Shown one piece after another: positions 13,654 to 24,157 of a stretch of 64,000 bases of DNA (positions within the stretch are counted from its first letter, which is position 1; every line of letters begins with the position of its first letter). The DNA lies in NCBI GenBank assembly GCA_032718475.1, contig JAUCBJ010001075.1:1-64000 (forward strand). The letters are read 5' to 3'. Made by a program: the position numbers and the translations under genes. The stretch comes from Nemertoderma westbladi. Taxonomy: Eukaryota > Animalia > Xenacoelomorpha. A model generated the notes under the pieces. It saw only the letters and a list, made by a program, of their open reading frames with translations. It had not been told where the DNA came from and did no database searches.

Positions 13654-16600
13654 CCTGGATGTACCCTATGTATCAGTACTTATTGGTATAGATTGCCCAG
13701 GTTCTCACCGGCTACTGCAACCTACCATCGAAGGACCAGACCCCGAAAGGGACCCTCAGGTCATGCTAACCCCATATGGTTGGTGTATGACGGGACCCGT
13801 AAAAGACATCGATGAGCAGCCCGACAGACATAGCGCAGGGCTGGCCAGACCGGTCTTCACCGTGGCCGGGAAGGGGGACCCCACCGAGTCTTCGGAACTC
13901 ACATTGGAGGAGGTTCGAGAACGGGAGGAAGAAACCAGACGCGACCTAGAAAGGCTCTATGATATAGACACCGAGGGCTTATATAACCCAGCCGTGGGCG
14001 CCTCACAGGCGGACAGGATATCGACCGATGTATTGAACAGGGAGATGATCTTGAGCGGCGGGCATTATTCAGCTCCGATGCTTTGGAAAGATCGAGCAGA
14101 ACCCTTGGTTAACAATAGAACTATGGCGGAGATGAGACTTAACCGACTCAAACGGTCATTGACTAAACACCCTGACAAACACGAATTTGTTGAGAAACAG
14201 ATTCAGAAGTATATAGACAAAGGGTGGGCCCGTAAACTGATGGCGGGGGCACCCGAGTCTCCTCGAACTTACTATCTGCCCCTACACGTTACCAAAGGGG
14301 CATCCAAGCTGCGATTGGTCAATGACGCAGCGGCGAAATACTTGGGTAAATCGCTTAATGACTACTTATTAGAGGGACCCAATGTTTTCAATAGCGGGGT
14401 TGACATCCTGCTAAGGTTCCGCATGGGCCTCTACGCCTTCACCTGTGACGTAGAGGCCATGTTTCACCAGGTCTTCGTTTATGAAGACGACGCGGACAGC
14501 CAGCGTTTCCTGTGGTATAGTGGGGATCAGCTGGGCACAGCGCCGGAGGTGTACCAGATGCTGGTACACATCTTTGGGGCTAAGTGTTCTCCGTGTGTGG
14601 CCACCACTGCACTACGACGCACTACAACGAGTGAGTCGGTGGCTCCGCCAGTGAGAGACTTTATAACAAACGATTTTTATGTTGACGATGGGATGAAGTC
14701 GGGTAACTCCGAAGCCGACCTCATCCAGCTGGCCATCACGGCCCGCGACTGCCTTTCCACGGGCGGTTTCAACCTCACCAAGTTCCGCTCCAACTCGCCC
14801 AAGTTCATGTATGCGATGAACAAGGAAGAGGGAAAGGTATCAGACCCGAGCGCCGACGATGACAATGGCGACCTCCTGGGGGGAGATATGGGGCAGCCGG
14901 CCTCATACATTCCACCAGACAGTGCCAACCCGGAGACCACCCCGGCACTGGTAACATCAGACCCGAGTAAGCCAGACTCTCGGGTACTGGGCATCTCCTG
15001 GGAGAAAGCCTCAGACGTTCTAGAATACAAGTTTAAGGCTCCTCTTCAGGTGGTACATACGAGGAGGGCCTACTTGTCTTTCATTTCACGGATATATGAC
15101 CCACTGGGCCTTGTGGCACCAAACATACTTGTAGGAAAACAGATTCTGAGGGAGGTGACTTTAGACAATGGAGCGTGGGATGCTCCGGTGTCTGCCAGGA
15201 TGGCCGACAGGTGGAACGCCTGGTTAATGAGCCTGGAACAAATATCCCGTCTCATTATCCCACGGCCTTACTTTCCAAACGGGGACATGGCAGCTGTAGA
15301 GCTACATATGTTCGCGGACGCATCCAGCGTGGGGTACGGGGCAGCTGCCTACTTACATCAGCAGTCAGCCAAATACCGCCCACGCCTGGTCTATAGCAAA
15401 GCAAGAGTGGCACCCAAAGCACAGGTCACCATACCGCGCCTAGAACTAATGGCGTCGGTACTGGCCGTGCAGATGGCCCAGGTCATTATAAGGGCCCTGG
15501 GGTGCATCGTACTAGTGAGATATTGGATTGATGCCACCACGGTGGTGTTATACATCAGCCACCCGAGTAGGCGATTTAAAGTATTCGTCGCCAACCGGGT
15601 TGACTATATCCGCACCCTAACAGAGGTTAGTGATTGGGGTTACTGCCCCACTGACCAGAACCCAGCTGACCTTGTATCGAGGGGGAGCCTAGAGGTCCCC
15701 TTCGAACAGAAAGAGGACCTGTGGCAGCACGGGCCGGCTTTCCTACCCAACAGGAAGGACTGGCCTTTGTTCCCAGAGGCCAATGCATCGGAGCTTCTGA
15801 AAGCAGATCCGGAGGTCCGGGTGTGCTCCATGGTGACCACACCGGCGGTCAGAGACCCTCGGATTGATAAGATCATAGACAAGTCCTCAACGTGGAGGAG
15901 GACGATCAACAGGGTGGCTTGGTTCATAGCCTTAGCTAAGTACCGAATAACCAAGACCATACCCGTCAGGTTGCCTCTACAGGAGGCAGAGAGGATGGTA
16001 GTGACCTACGTACAGGCCCGAGCTTACCCTGAGGAGTGGAGGAGGCTCAGGGAGGGTAAGCCTGTACAGAAGAGCAGTCCGCTACGAAAGTTAGCACCCC
16101 AGTTGGAGGATGGTATCATGGTAGCATCCGTGGCCCGGTTGGCGAACGCCAAGGATTTCATAGTGGCAAGCCAGCCCATGATATTACCTGCGGGCTCCAC
16201 AGCCCTGAACCAAGTGGTGTGGCAGACACACTGTGACATCGCGCATGGGGGTAAGGATGCGACGATTGTGGCGGTGCGTAAACGCTTCACCGCTACTGGA
16301 CTCAGGCAAACCGTGAGGAAGATCCTCAGCGGTTGCATTAAATGTAAGAAGATATGGCATAGACGGCTAGAACAGCTGATGGCGCCGCTACCGAAAGATA
16401 GGGTAACGGCGGGACTCGTACCGTTCCACCACACAGGGGTGGATATGTTCGGCCCCATCGATTTATACGTTCGATGGACTCGACGAGTACTCAAGACCAT
16501 GCGAAAGGGGTATGGAATAATATTCGTCTGCTACGCCACGCGGGCTATAGCACTCGAACTAGTACCAGATGCTTCAGCAGCGGCGTTTCTCAACGCATTG

Positions 16601-17332
16601 CGGCGCTTTATCGCGCGCCGAGGTGAACCGAAGAAGATCTCCTCGGACAACGGAACCAACTTCGTCGGTGCTGAACATGAACTAGAAGGAGCACAACAGG
16701 CCTTTGTCAAGGGGACGGTAGAGAAGACCCAAGAACTGGGAATCGAGTGGTCGTTTCACACACCCTATGCCCCTCATATGTCCGGTGTTTGGGAGGCTAT
16801 GGTGGGCGTGGTGAAACGCCACATTCAGGCCGTTACACACGGACACGTAGTGACAGAAGATGCGATGAGAACCATCTTCGCCGAGGTCGAAACCATTGTT
16901 AACGGACGACCCCTGGTGGCTACCACCGATGACCCGAAGTCACTGGAGGCCCTCACGCCAAACCACTTGTTGGGTGTAGGCCCAGTAACTGTCCGAGACC
17001 CGTTGGGAGAGATCGGCGAGGGAGACTTACGTAACCCATATATCGTCGCTCAGCGGTGTAAGAACGAGTATTGGAATCGTTGGGTACGAGAGTACCTACC
17101 CACGTTAAGACAGAGGAGAAAGTGGAACAAAGAGTACCGCGATCTACAGTTGGGAGACCTTGTCATCGTGACCGATGACACATTACAGAAGGGAGACTGG
17201 GACATGGCTCGTGTGGTTAGGACCCACGACAGCGAGGATGGTCACGTTCGCACCGTGAGTCTACGGAAGGCTTCAGGGAAGGTTTACCGTCGACCAGTCA
17301 ACAAGTGTTGCCTCCTTGAGGCAGCACGCTAA
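13649..17332 (+). CDS. BEL/Pao pol: reverse transcriptase, RNase H, integrase
   Basis: Open frame upstream of the annotated Met (VLIGIDC..TPYGW); YYLPLH, LRLVNDA, DVEAMFHQV, FYVDDG, YDPLG, FADAS, TIPRLEL, NPADLVSRG, H-X4-H..CIKC, GVDMFGP, SDNGTNF, GVWE, terminal RPVNK. Confidence 0.95.
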   Translation, partial: DDLDVPYVSVLIGIDCPGSHRLLQPTIEGPDPERDPQVMLTPYGWCMTGPVKDIDEQPDRHSAGLARPVFTVAGKGDPTESSELTLEEVREREEETRRDLERLYDIDTEGLYNPAVGASQADRISTDVLNREMILSGGHYSAPMLWKDRAEPLVNNRTMAEMRLNRLKRSLTKHPDKHEFVEKQIQKYIDKGWARKLMAGAPESPRTYYLPLHVTKGASKLRLVNDAAAKYLGKSLNDYLLEGPNVFNSGVDILLRFRMGLYAFTCDVEAMFHQVFVYEDDADSQRFLWYSGDQLGTAPEVYQMLVHIFGAKCSPCVATTALRRTTTSESVAPPVRDFITNDFYVDDGMKSGNSEADLIQLAITARDCLSTGGFNLTKFRSNSPKFMYAMNKEEGKVSDPSADDDNGDLLGGDMGQPASYIPPDSANPETTPALVTSDPSKPDSRVLGISWEKASDVLEYKFKAPLQVVHTRRAYLSFISRIYDPLGLVAPNILVGKQILREVTLDNGAWDAPVSARMADRWNAWLMSLEQISRLIIPRPYFPNGDMAAVELHMFADASSVGYGAAAYLHQQSAKYRPRLVYSKARVAPKAQVTIPRLELMASVLAVQMAQVIIRALGCIVLVRYWIDATTVVLYISHPSRRFKVFVANRVDYIRTLTEVSDWGYCPTDQNPADLVSRGSLEVPFEQKEDLWQHGPAFLPNRKDWPLFPEANASELLKADPEVRVCSMVTTPAVRDPRIDKIIDKSSTWRRTINRVAWFIALAKYRITKTIPVRLPLQEAERMVVTYVQARAYPEEWRRLREGKPVQKSSPLRKLAPQLEDGIMVASVARLANAKDFIVASQPMILPAGSTALNQVVWQTHCDIAHGGKDATIVAVRKRFTATGLRQTVRKILSGCIKCKKIWHRRLEQLMAPLPKDRVTAGLVPFHHTGVDMFGPIDLYVRWTRRVLKTMRKGYGIIFVCYATRAIALELVPDASAAAFLNALRRFIARRGEPKKISSDNGTNFVGAEHELEGAQQAFVKGTVEKTQELGIEWSFHTPYAPHMSGVWEAMVGVVKRHIQAVTHGHVVTEDAMRTIFAEVETIVNGRPLVATTDDPKSLEALTPNHLLGVGPVTVRDPLGEIGEGDLRNPYIVAQRCKNEYWNRWVREYLPTLRQRRKWNKEYRDLQLGDLVIVTDDTLQKGDWDMARVVRTHDSEDGHVRTVSLRKASGKVYRRPVNKCCLLEAAR

Positions 17333-17912
17333 CCTTAATAACGTGACTTTAGTTGCGACAGCCCGACTATAAATACGTGGCGTCAGGCGATTCGCAGTAA
17401 TACCAGTGAAGTAATAAACTGATAATACCTTATTTGCCTTTAGTGTCTTTATAATATTATTTTATACCAAATTGGCCTAGTTGGCTTACTTACAATTGTA
17501 AGATTTATATGTAAATGATTTATTGATTACCGTGCAATCACACTAATTTGTAATTTCAATAATAATAATAATAAATAGCACACAGTACCATCCATAATTA
17601 CGTAATATCCTAAAATACTAAATGTAACTCAGACAGTTTGTAATGTAGGGGGAATTCGTGGTACAATACACTTATTACAAAGGTTCAACTCTCAACCTTT
17701 TACTAGCTAACTGTAATAACAATTAATTTACAATTGAGACCTTGTTCTTATATAAGACAATATATCCATTAATTATACAATACTAGTATATGTGGAAGAT
17801 ACTGCCGTGACCAAGGCTACCGAGAGTATACGGCTGGCAACCTCAAAATCGAGCAACCCAGCAAACTCTAAATTCCGTTGCCTCTTCAGCCATTTAGTGC
17901 GCGGGTAGCGTC

Positions 17913-20832
17913 ATGTCGGACGACAGCAGCACGTACACCTTCTGGGCCGGAACGAGATCTTTCCGGCGCCTATCCACGGACCAACAGGGATATAAGCTGC
18001 AGACGTCGCTTATGCACAGATTCGACAGACTGAGGACGACAACATACGGGACGAGGCCACTCCTGAAGGCATGTCGTGACAACCTACACTACATCAAGGT
18101 GGGCAACGAGCGATCGCTAGGAGTTCCTGTAGAACCCGGAGATGAGCCAAGGGGATACTGGAAGCGCTTCGTGGAGGACGTTAGAGAACTGGAGATACCT
18201 GGGAGTTGACACAGAGGGACAAGCCCAGGCGCCCCCCACTGCCATCCCTGACCGGGATGCGGATGGGAACCTGACGCTGATTGGGCCGAAGCATCGAAAG
18301 CGGAGGCGGAGGATCAATCAGGAGGAGGCAAAGGCGAAACAAGGAATAGTTTCGAAGCCTTACGTGGCTCCGGCACTGGAGACTTTAGACACCGTACTAC
18401 ACCTCATATCGCCCAGAGGTTTAGTTATCGCCATCGCGTACCCCTTAAAGGACGGCGAGAGGATCTGGAATAAGATTCCAAAGGCGATGACAGACATGCT
18501 ATTGGACAAGAAGAACTACAAGGTAGGGTCGGCGATTCAAACCAACCTGACGGCTATAGGGGCGCCGGCGGACATCGAACCGATAGCGGATACCGCACTT
18601 CAGTTCAGGGCGATGGCATCGCCAAACACCGACGCATTGTATGCGCCGCCGAACGACGCCTTTGGGCTGGGTTCCTTTGCCCGAGAGACCGGGCTGGTCA
18701 ACTTCAAACCCATGTCCAGAGAGAAGTACGACCGACAGGCGGGGGCCATACGATTGACAACGGAACAGTTCAAGGCGAGGCCCAGATGGCCCCCACGACT
18801 GTATACCTTCCCATCGAGGAACCGACGACTAGACGCGGTTCAAGAACAATACATCCTACAGGAGGATTACGCAGCGGCGTCAATCCCCCTCCTATTGACA
18901 GCCCACATGGTGGGTCTGGTTCCCCGAGCCTTCCGCGAGAATGGAGGCAGGACCCTCTCGGACCGAGAGGCTATCCGTAGGGTATTGTGGCCCCTTTTGG
19001 ACTTCGCAATGGATCAGAACCGGACCGAGGTTATCTATAACGCCAACTATCTGATAGATAAAGAAAACACACCGTCTCCCCGACAAATCGACAGAATTCG
19101 CCACCTAGGGGAGAGCAAGGTACCACGGGAGGAGGCAAATCGACAGCAGGGAAAGGGACCCGACAGTACCTACGAGGGAGGTTACTCCTTACAACCAGCT
19201 CCGGCCGTCGAGACCCATAGTGAAGACGAAGACAGCGGCCAAATCCCGGCAGCCAAGATGGCGGCTTACGATGACCGGGATTACCATGATGACGGGAGAC
19301 CCGTCGATGAATTCAACGACCCAGATAGCGACATGGACTCATATTATTCGGAAGACACCCAAACCCGGGGGTTCGCGCGTCGAGCAGTCACAGGAGGCGT
19401 TCGCCACGAAACCCGAAACCAGCCTCCGCTTCCGGTGTACAACGGCCGGGGGGGTGACTACCGAGACGATCCAAAGAGAGTCTGCCGGAGAGAACAGGAT
19501 GACCAGACACTGCCATCTACCAGCTCCAAAGTCTGGGATGGACATGAGGGCGGGGACCAACCCCAGCCACAATGCGAGGAGAAGTGGGGGTTCCAAGAGG
19601 AACGAGGACACCAACCGACCTCGGATGCCACCCACTTCCGATACGGAGCGGCTACCGGGAGCCGTGGCAACCGCGGGTCTTTGGGGAAGAGCCGTGGAAG
19701 GATCTCCCGCGGGGCGGCTTCGGTGGCGGGTCATATGCGGGACCAGAGGAGACCGTTTGACCAATCGGTGAAGAGGATGGTCGTAGACGGGAGAACACGA
19801 GACTGGGTTGTGTACTCCGGAGAGGCGATGTACCGAAGGAACTCACCCGTCCATAGTACTCGGGGGTTCCTCGCCCAGGGTCGCGAGGGGCGTCGCCCGA
19901 CGGAGGGACCGTCGAGGACGCTGGGGCGACGGCCGGGGGAACTACGTCGCCCATACGCAGGACGAACGAATGCCAACGTGGAAGATAGCACCGGGCAGGA
20001 GGAACACGATAACTTCGGGGGGGACATGCCGCCCCTGGAACCAATAAGGAGACCGGTACAAAGGGAAACGCAGTCTTCAGTCAGGAGACAGGTGGATCGC
20101 TGGGAAGAACCCACCATTCAAGAACAACTGCTGCAGACGGAGACCTTGCGTAAGATGGACGAACTTGCGAAGGATCAGGGCGCAGCGAACGTGGTGAGGG
20201 AGAGGAAACACGTTTACTACGTGAAACGTAGACCGATACAGGACAATGCTGGGTACGACTTTCAACTGCCGGCCTGTTATACCTGTGGAGCCCTGAGTCA
20301 TATCCAGGACAGGTGTACGTTCGGCCCCCCAGACAAACTTCTTGGGGATCCGTGCTCGTACGGTGGCGAATGAGGTCACTTCCTGGCGGCCTGCCAGGCA
20401 CTGCACCGACTGTGCGGACGGTGCGGCTTCCGGGGACACCGGAACAGCGACTGTGACCAGAGGGAGCCGAGGGGGCACTTAGAGCGATTCGAGTGCAATG
20501 CCAACATGGGAGTGGAGACCAGGCGTCGCCTCCTCAGGCGGGGGATTGCCATGGGTTTCTTCCACATGAAGCCAGATTTCGTGCTCGCGATATCGAGGCG
20601 CGAGGAGACCGTGCAATACACCCATATTCTGCACGTCGCCATGACAATAGGCGTACAGAGGATACGGGACAGGCTAGACGAGTGGCGGCCGGGACACCCG
20701 GGACACCTCGAAGGGTTCCTGGACCACTACACCGGGACCTACTACCTCGAACACGTGGTAAAATACCACAGGGAGGTGGAGGACCAGAAAGAGGAGGACA
20801 TCAATAGCCGTAAAAGACGGCGAATCAAGTAG
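17913..20832 (+). pseudogene. Extra ORF3 of the BEL element (~972 aa reconstructed), triple CCHC zinc-knuckle protein
   Basis: ORFs 17913-18209, 18142-20373 and 20506-20832 join with one 1-bp insertion (~18195) and one in-frame TGA (20371); knuckles at 20275-20454. Confidence 0.75.
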
Positions 20833-21056
20833 GACTGCACGTTACGAGAGCACAGACTGCACCTTACGGGAGATTTAACTGTATTTTACGAGAGTTATTT
20901 GACTGCACCTTACGGGAGATTTAACTGTATTTTACGAGAGTTATTTGACTGCACCTTACGGGAGATTTAACTGTATTTTACGAGAGTTATTTGACTGCAC
21001 CTTACGGGAGATTTAACTGTATTTTACGAGAGTTATTTGACTGCACCTTACGAGAG
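20833..21056 (+). repeat. 46-bp tandem repeat, ~4.4 copies
   Basis: GACTGCACCTTACGGGAGATTTAACTGTATTTTACGAGAGTTATTT at 20855, 20901, 20947, 20993, partial at 21039. Confidence 0.95.
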
Positions 21057-22367
21057 TACCGAGACTATACGTCATGCTGTACATATTTACAAGCCACACC
21101 TTGCAATGCCTGATGTAATACTTCCATTTTTGTTCCATTTGATCCATGTAGGTACGCACCACCGAGTGATTAAAATGTTTATGGAGTAAACCGTCTATAA
21201 TTATTCACCACTGGCTGTATCGGGGAGCTCACGGGGGGGGGGGGGGGGGGGGGGGGGGGGTGTGCGAGTGTGTATGCGTTATCATGGGTGGATAGTTCAA
21301 CACAGTTTACAGAGTGGTGTGATTTGGTTAACTTAGTATTTAGAGTGTATGTGTGTACGTACGTGTGTATGAAAGTTACGTATAACAGTCACACAGCAGT
21401 GGGTGAAGCAGAAGATGCCACCCACGAGTGGGGTTCGTCGCTGTGGACGCTCCCACTCACAACTTACGGTACCGAACAAGTAGGTACCACCAATGGGGAC
21501 CACCTACCTTATCACAGGTACGTGCGCACATTGGGGGTGGCCCGATACGGACGGCCACAACAATTTGAGGTTGTTTGGAATGCGATAGCACCGTGTGCAG
21601 TGATTGAGACAGGAATGAGAATTGTAGGTTGGAAGTTAACGAATGACACAGAGTAGTTGGTTGGAACGCAGCTGGGCGGATGGGTAGCACCCTGGGTTGG
21701 CCAGGATGCAGGGGGTCGAGCCCACACTTGGGGGCCCGCCGTGCCATAGAGCCGGACCTGGAGAAAGTAACCAATAGCGCGTTCGGAGAGATTATAAATA
21801 TTTAAATGGGTGCCCAAAGGATCGTAAAAAACGTCAGAGAGCGTAGCGATGTGGTGTCCATGGGTGTGCCCCATCACCAATAAGTGGTGCAAGGGTCACC
21901 CAAAGTACATACGAGTGAATGAGTGTGTGTGCGTGGCACAACGAGCACAATGTGTTTTTTAATTAATTTATTTACATTATTTCGTATCACGAATCCTTTA
22001 TGGTGTGATACCATCGCCTATATCCGAGAGTGGATGGCACTGAACAGCGCGTTACGGGGCTTAAACCGTTTCACGATATCAACACCCAGATGGGTGTTGA
22101 TGTCAATCGTCTGTGGGGTCAGCGGAAACTCGTCTAGTGTGCTGACTCACGGCGAATTGGTAGAGGGACTATCAACTCCCGTTTTTAAAACCATACTCCG
22201 GGTCAACAGTACCCACCATTATTTTTATTCATTTTCTACCACAATTTTTTTTTACCGACAACCGACGGATTGTTTAGGAGTCGCCTACCTTTCCTGACGT
22301 TCACACTTCACAGGGTGTCTACTGGCTCGTGCCTTTAGATATGGGAGTGTAAATCATTTACACTCCC

Positions 22368-22376
22368 AAGGGGGAG
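22368..22376 (+). promoter_or_regulatory. Polypurine tract
   Basis: AAGGGGGAG immediately before the 3' LTR TG. Confidence 0.85.
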
Positions 22377-23020
22377 TGTGTCCGACAACCGGAACCTTAC
22401 CCTTCCCGAACCCACACAGATATTATACTAGTACCACGGGTTTCCCACCCAAGCCTACTGTTTGTACTGTAAGGGTAATTACTGTAGCGTTTGTACTGTA
22501 GGTGTAGGTAGGATCACGGAACTGACTAGTTACTAGTTTTAGTTTTAGGTAGTAGGATTATGTACTTAATTAGGGTTTTTGCTACGTATGGGTGCCAGGC
22601 TGGGGTCTTAAACCCCCATTCTGGCTCATTACTAGGGAATATTCATCCGCGCTACCGGGGTACATTATACACAGATTAGCAATATTGGTTCAGTTGGTTT
22701 GGTGACAGAGTGGAAGGTGATATTGTTGTTTTATGGCACATAGTTCTTTAGTAGTACAGATTCTTTAGTTTTACGTATTTGCTTATATTATTGTCTGATT
22801 CTTACACATATTATTCATACCTGATTTATTGTTTGTTATCCGAGATATTCTGTTTATATTCTGTATTACTATGGTGCTGTGCAGGGATCAGCCTGCACAG
22901 ACACTACACTGGAGCGTTTAGTTATCAGTTTCCTTTCCACCGGACGGGCGGGTTACCTGATTTGGGCGGTCCAGTGGGGAACTCATCATTACATGATATT
23001 TACACCACTACACCAACCCA
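22377..23020 (+). repeat. 3' LTR of BEL element, truncated at its 3' end
   Basis: Near-identical to 8078-9060 apart from an internal gap; match stops at caccaaccca where RTE sequence begins. Confidence 0.92.
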
Positions 23021-23947
23021 GCCAGTGCCCTTTAAGATGCATCTCAAGAGGCTGAGGCTGCCAAAGCACAAGATTAAGCACTGGCTGGTCCTCACGGCGA
23101 AAGCAATGTCCTGCAAAGCGGGGGCGACTTTGTTCTAGTGTCAAGCTTGGAGGAACCAATGAGACACCTCCAATCTTATATAGTGTCTGGTTGGAGATGT
23201 GTGCATTATACATGACACAATGAACCCGGCGTAGCATTCTTGTGAATGTGCCATCCAGAGATTTGGTGTCCTCAGCAGTTAGAGCCCAGCATGGACTCCC
23301 ATAGAGGAGTACTGGAACTACTGCTGCTCTAAATAATAGGACCTCAAGTTTCCGATTAATTCTCTCTGACTTCCAAATCCTGGAAAGCCTATTCAAGACT
23401 GCCCAGTGCCCATGTCTTTTCCTTACATATTCGAAGGTCCTCACCTAACTTCCGGATCCATGATCCCAGGTAACAGAAGACGTCCACATGCTCAATCATA
23501 CCATCCGTTCAGCTTATGCTCATCCGGTCAGAGACTTGCTGAGGAATTTCAAAGTTAACCGTCAAAATTTTGGTCTTTTTGGAGTTAATAAAAAGACCAA
23601 CACTAGAAGCAGCCCGTTCTAATGAGCTGAGGAGCAGTTGGGCTCCCTCTAGTGATTCTGAGAGTATTCCTAAGTCATCGGCAAAGTCTAGATCAGTTAG
23701 GTACTTGGTAGGATTTCCTCGACTTCTGGAGCCAGTAGGTGGAGTTACCATCACCCCATCATCATTATGATGATCTAAGGACATGCGTAGAACATAGTCA
23801 ACCACATTTATGAAAAATAATGGTGCAAGTGTGTCTCCTTGGAGGACTCCTCATAATACTTCAAATGGTTCTGTGTCACCATCAACAGTAGACACAAATG
23901 TTCTACACTCTATGGAGTGATGTTTGACCCCTTTAATTACACCATCA
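23021..23947 (-). mobile_element. RTE-clade LINE fragment, family A
   Basis: GVLQGDTLAP, DLDFADDL, PVLLYGS..W, RFAGHCFR; near-identical to 59839-60800. Confidence 0.92.
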
Positions 23948-24157
23948 GGCGTATACTAAATAGGCACTTCGAAGTGTTCTCTACAGAAACTGCACTATAC
24001 ACTAAGATTCTCATGCTAAATCAGGTACTGCACTACGAAGTGCTCACTGCAAGGCAATCACTTCGAAGTGCGTAGTGCACACTTCGTAGTGCTGTACTGA
24101 TCACTACGATTTTGTTTCTAAATAATCTTGAAATAGAAGTGAACACTACAGTTTTGC

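Larger units (their letters stand above)
8078..23020 (+). mobile_element. BEL/Pao LTR retrotransposon with an extra 3' ORF
   Basis: Two direct LTR copies, PBS, PPT, and gag-PR-RT-RH-IN order with BEL/Pao signature motifs. Confidence 0.95.

Noticed and set aside
9317-20478. Numerous minus-strand and alternative-frame ORFs inside the BEL element
   Set aside because: Shadows of GC-rich coding sequence
17913-20832. ORF3 as an envelope gene
   Set aside because: No signal peptide, TM anchor or Cys-rich ectodomain pattern; basic and zinc-knuckle content instead
20833-21056. CRISPR-like array (also considered for 26510-26656, 48506-48759, 50978-52509)
   Set aside because: Head-to-tail repeats without unique spacers, no cas genes, eukaryotic context
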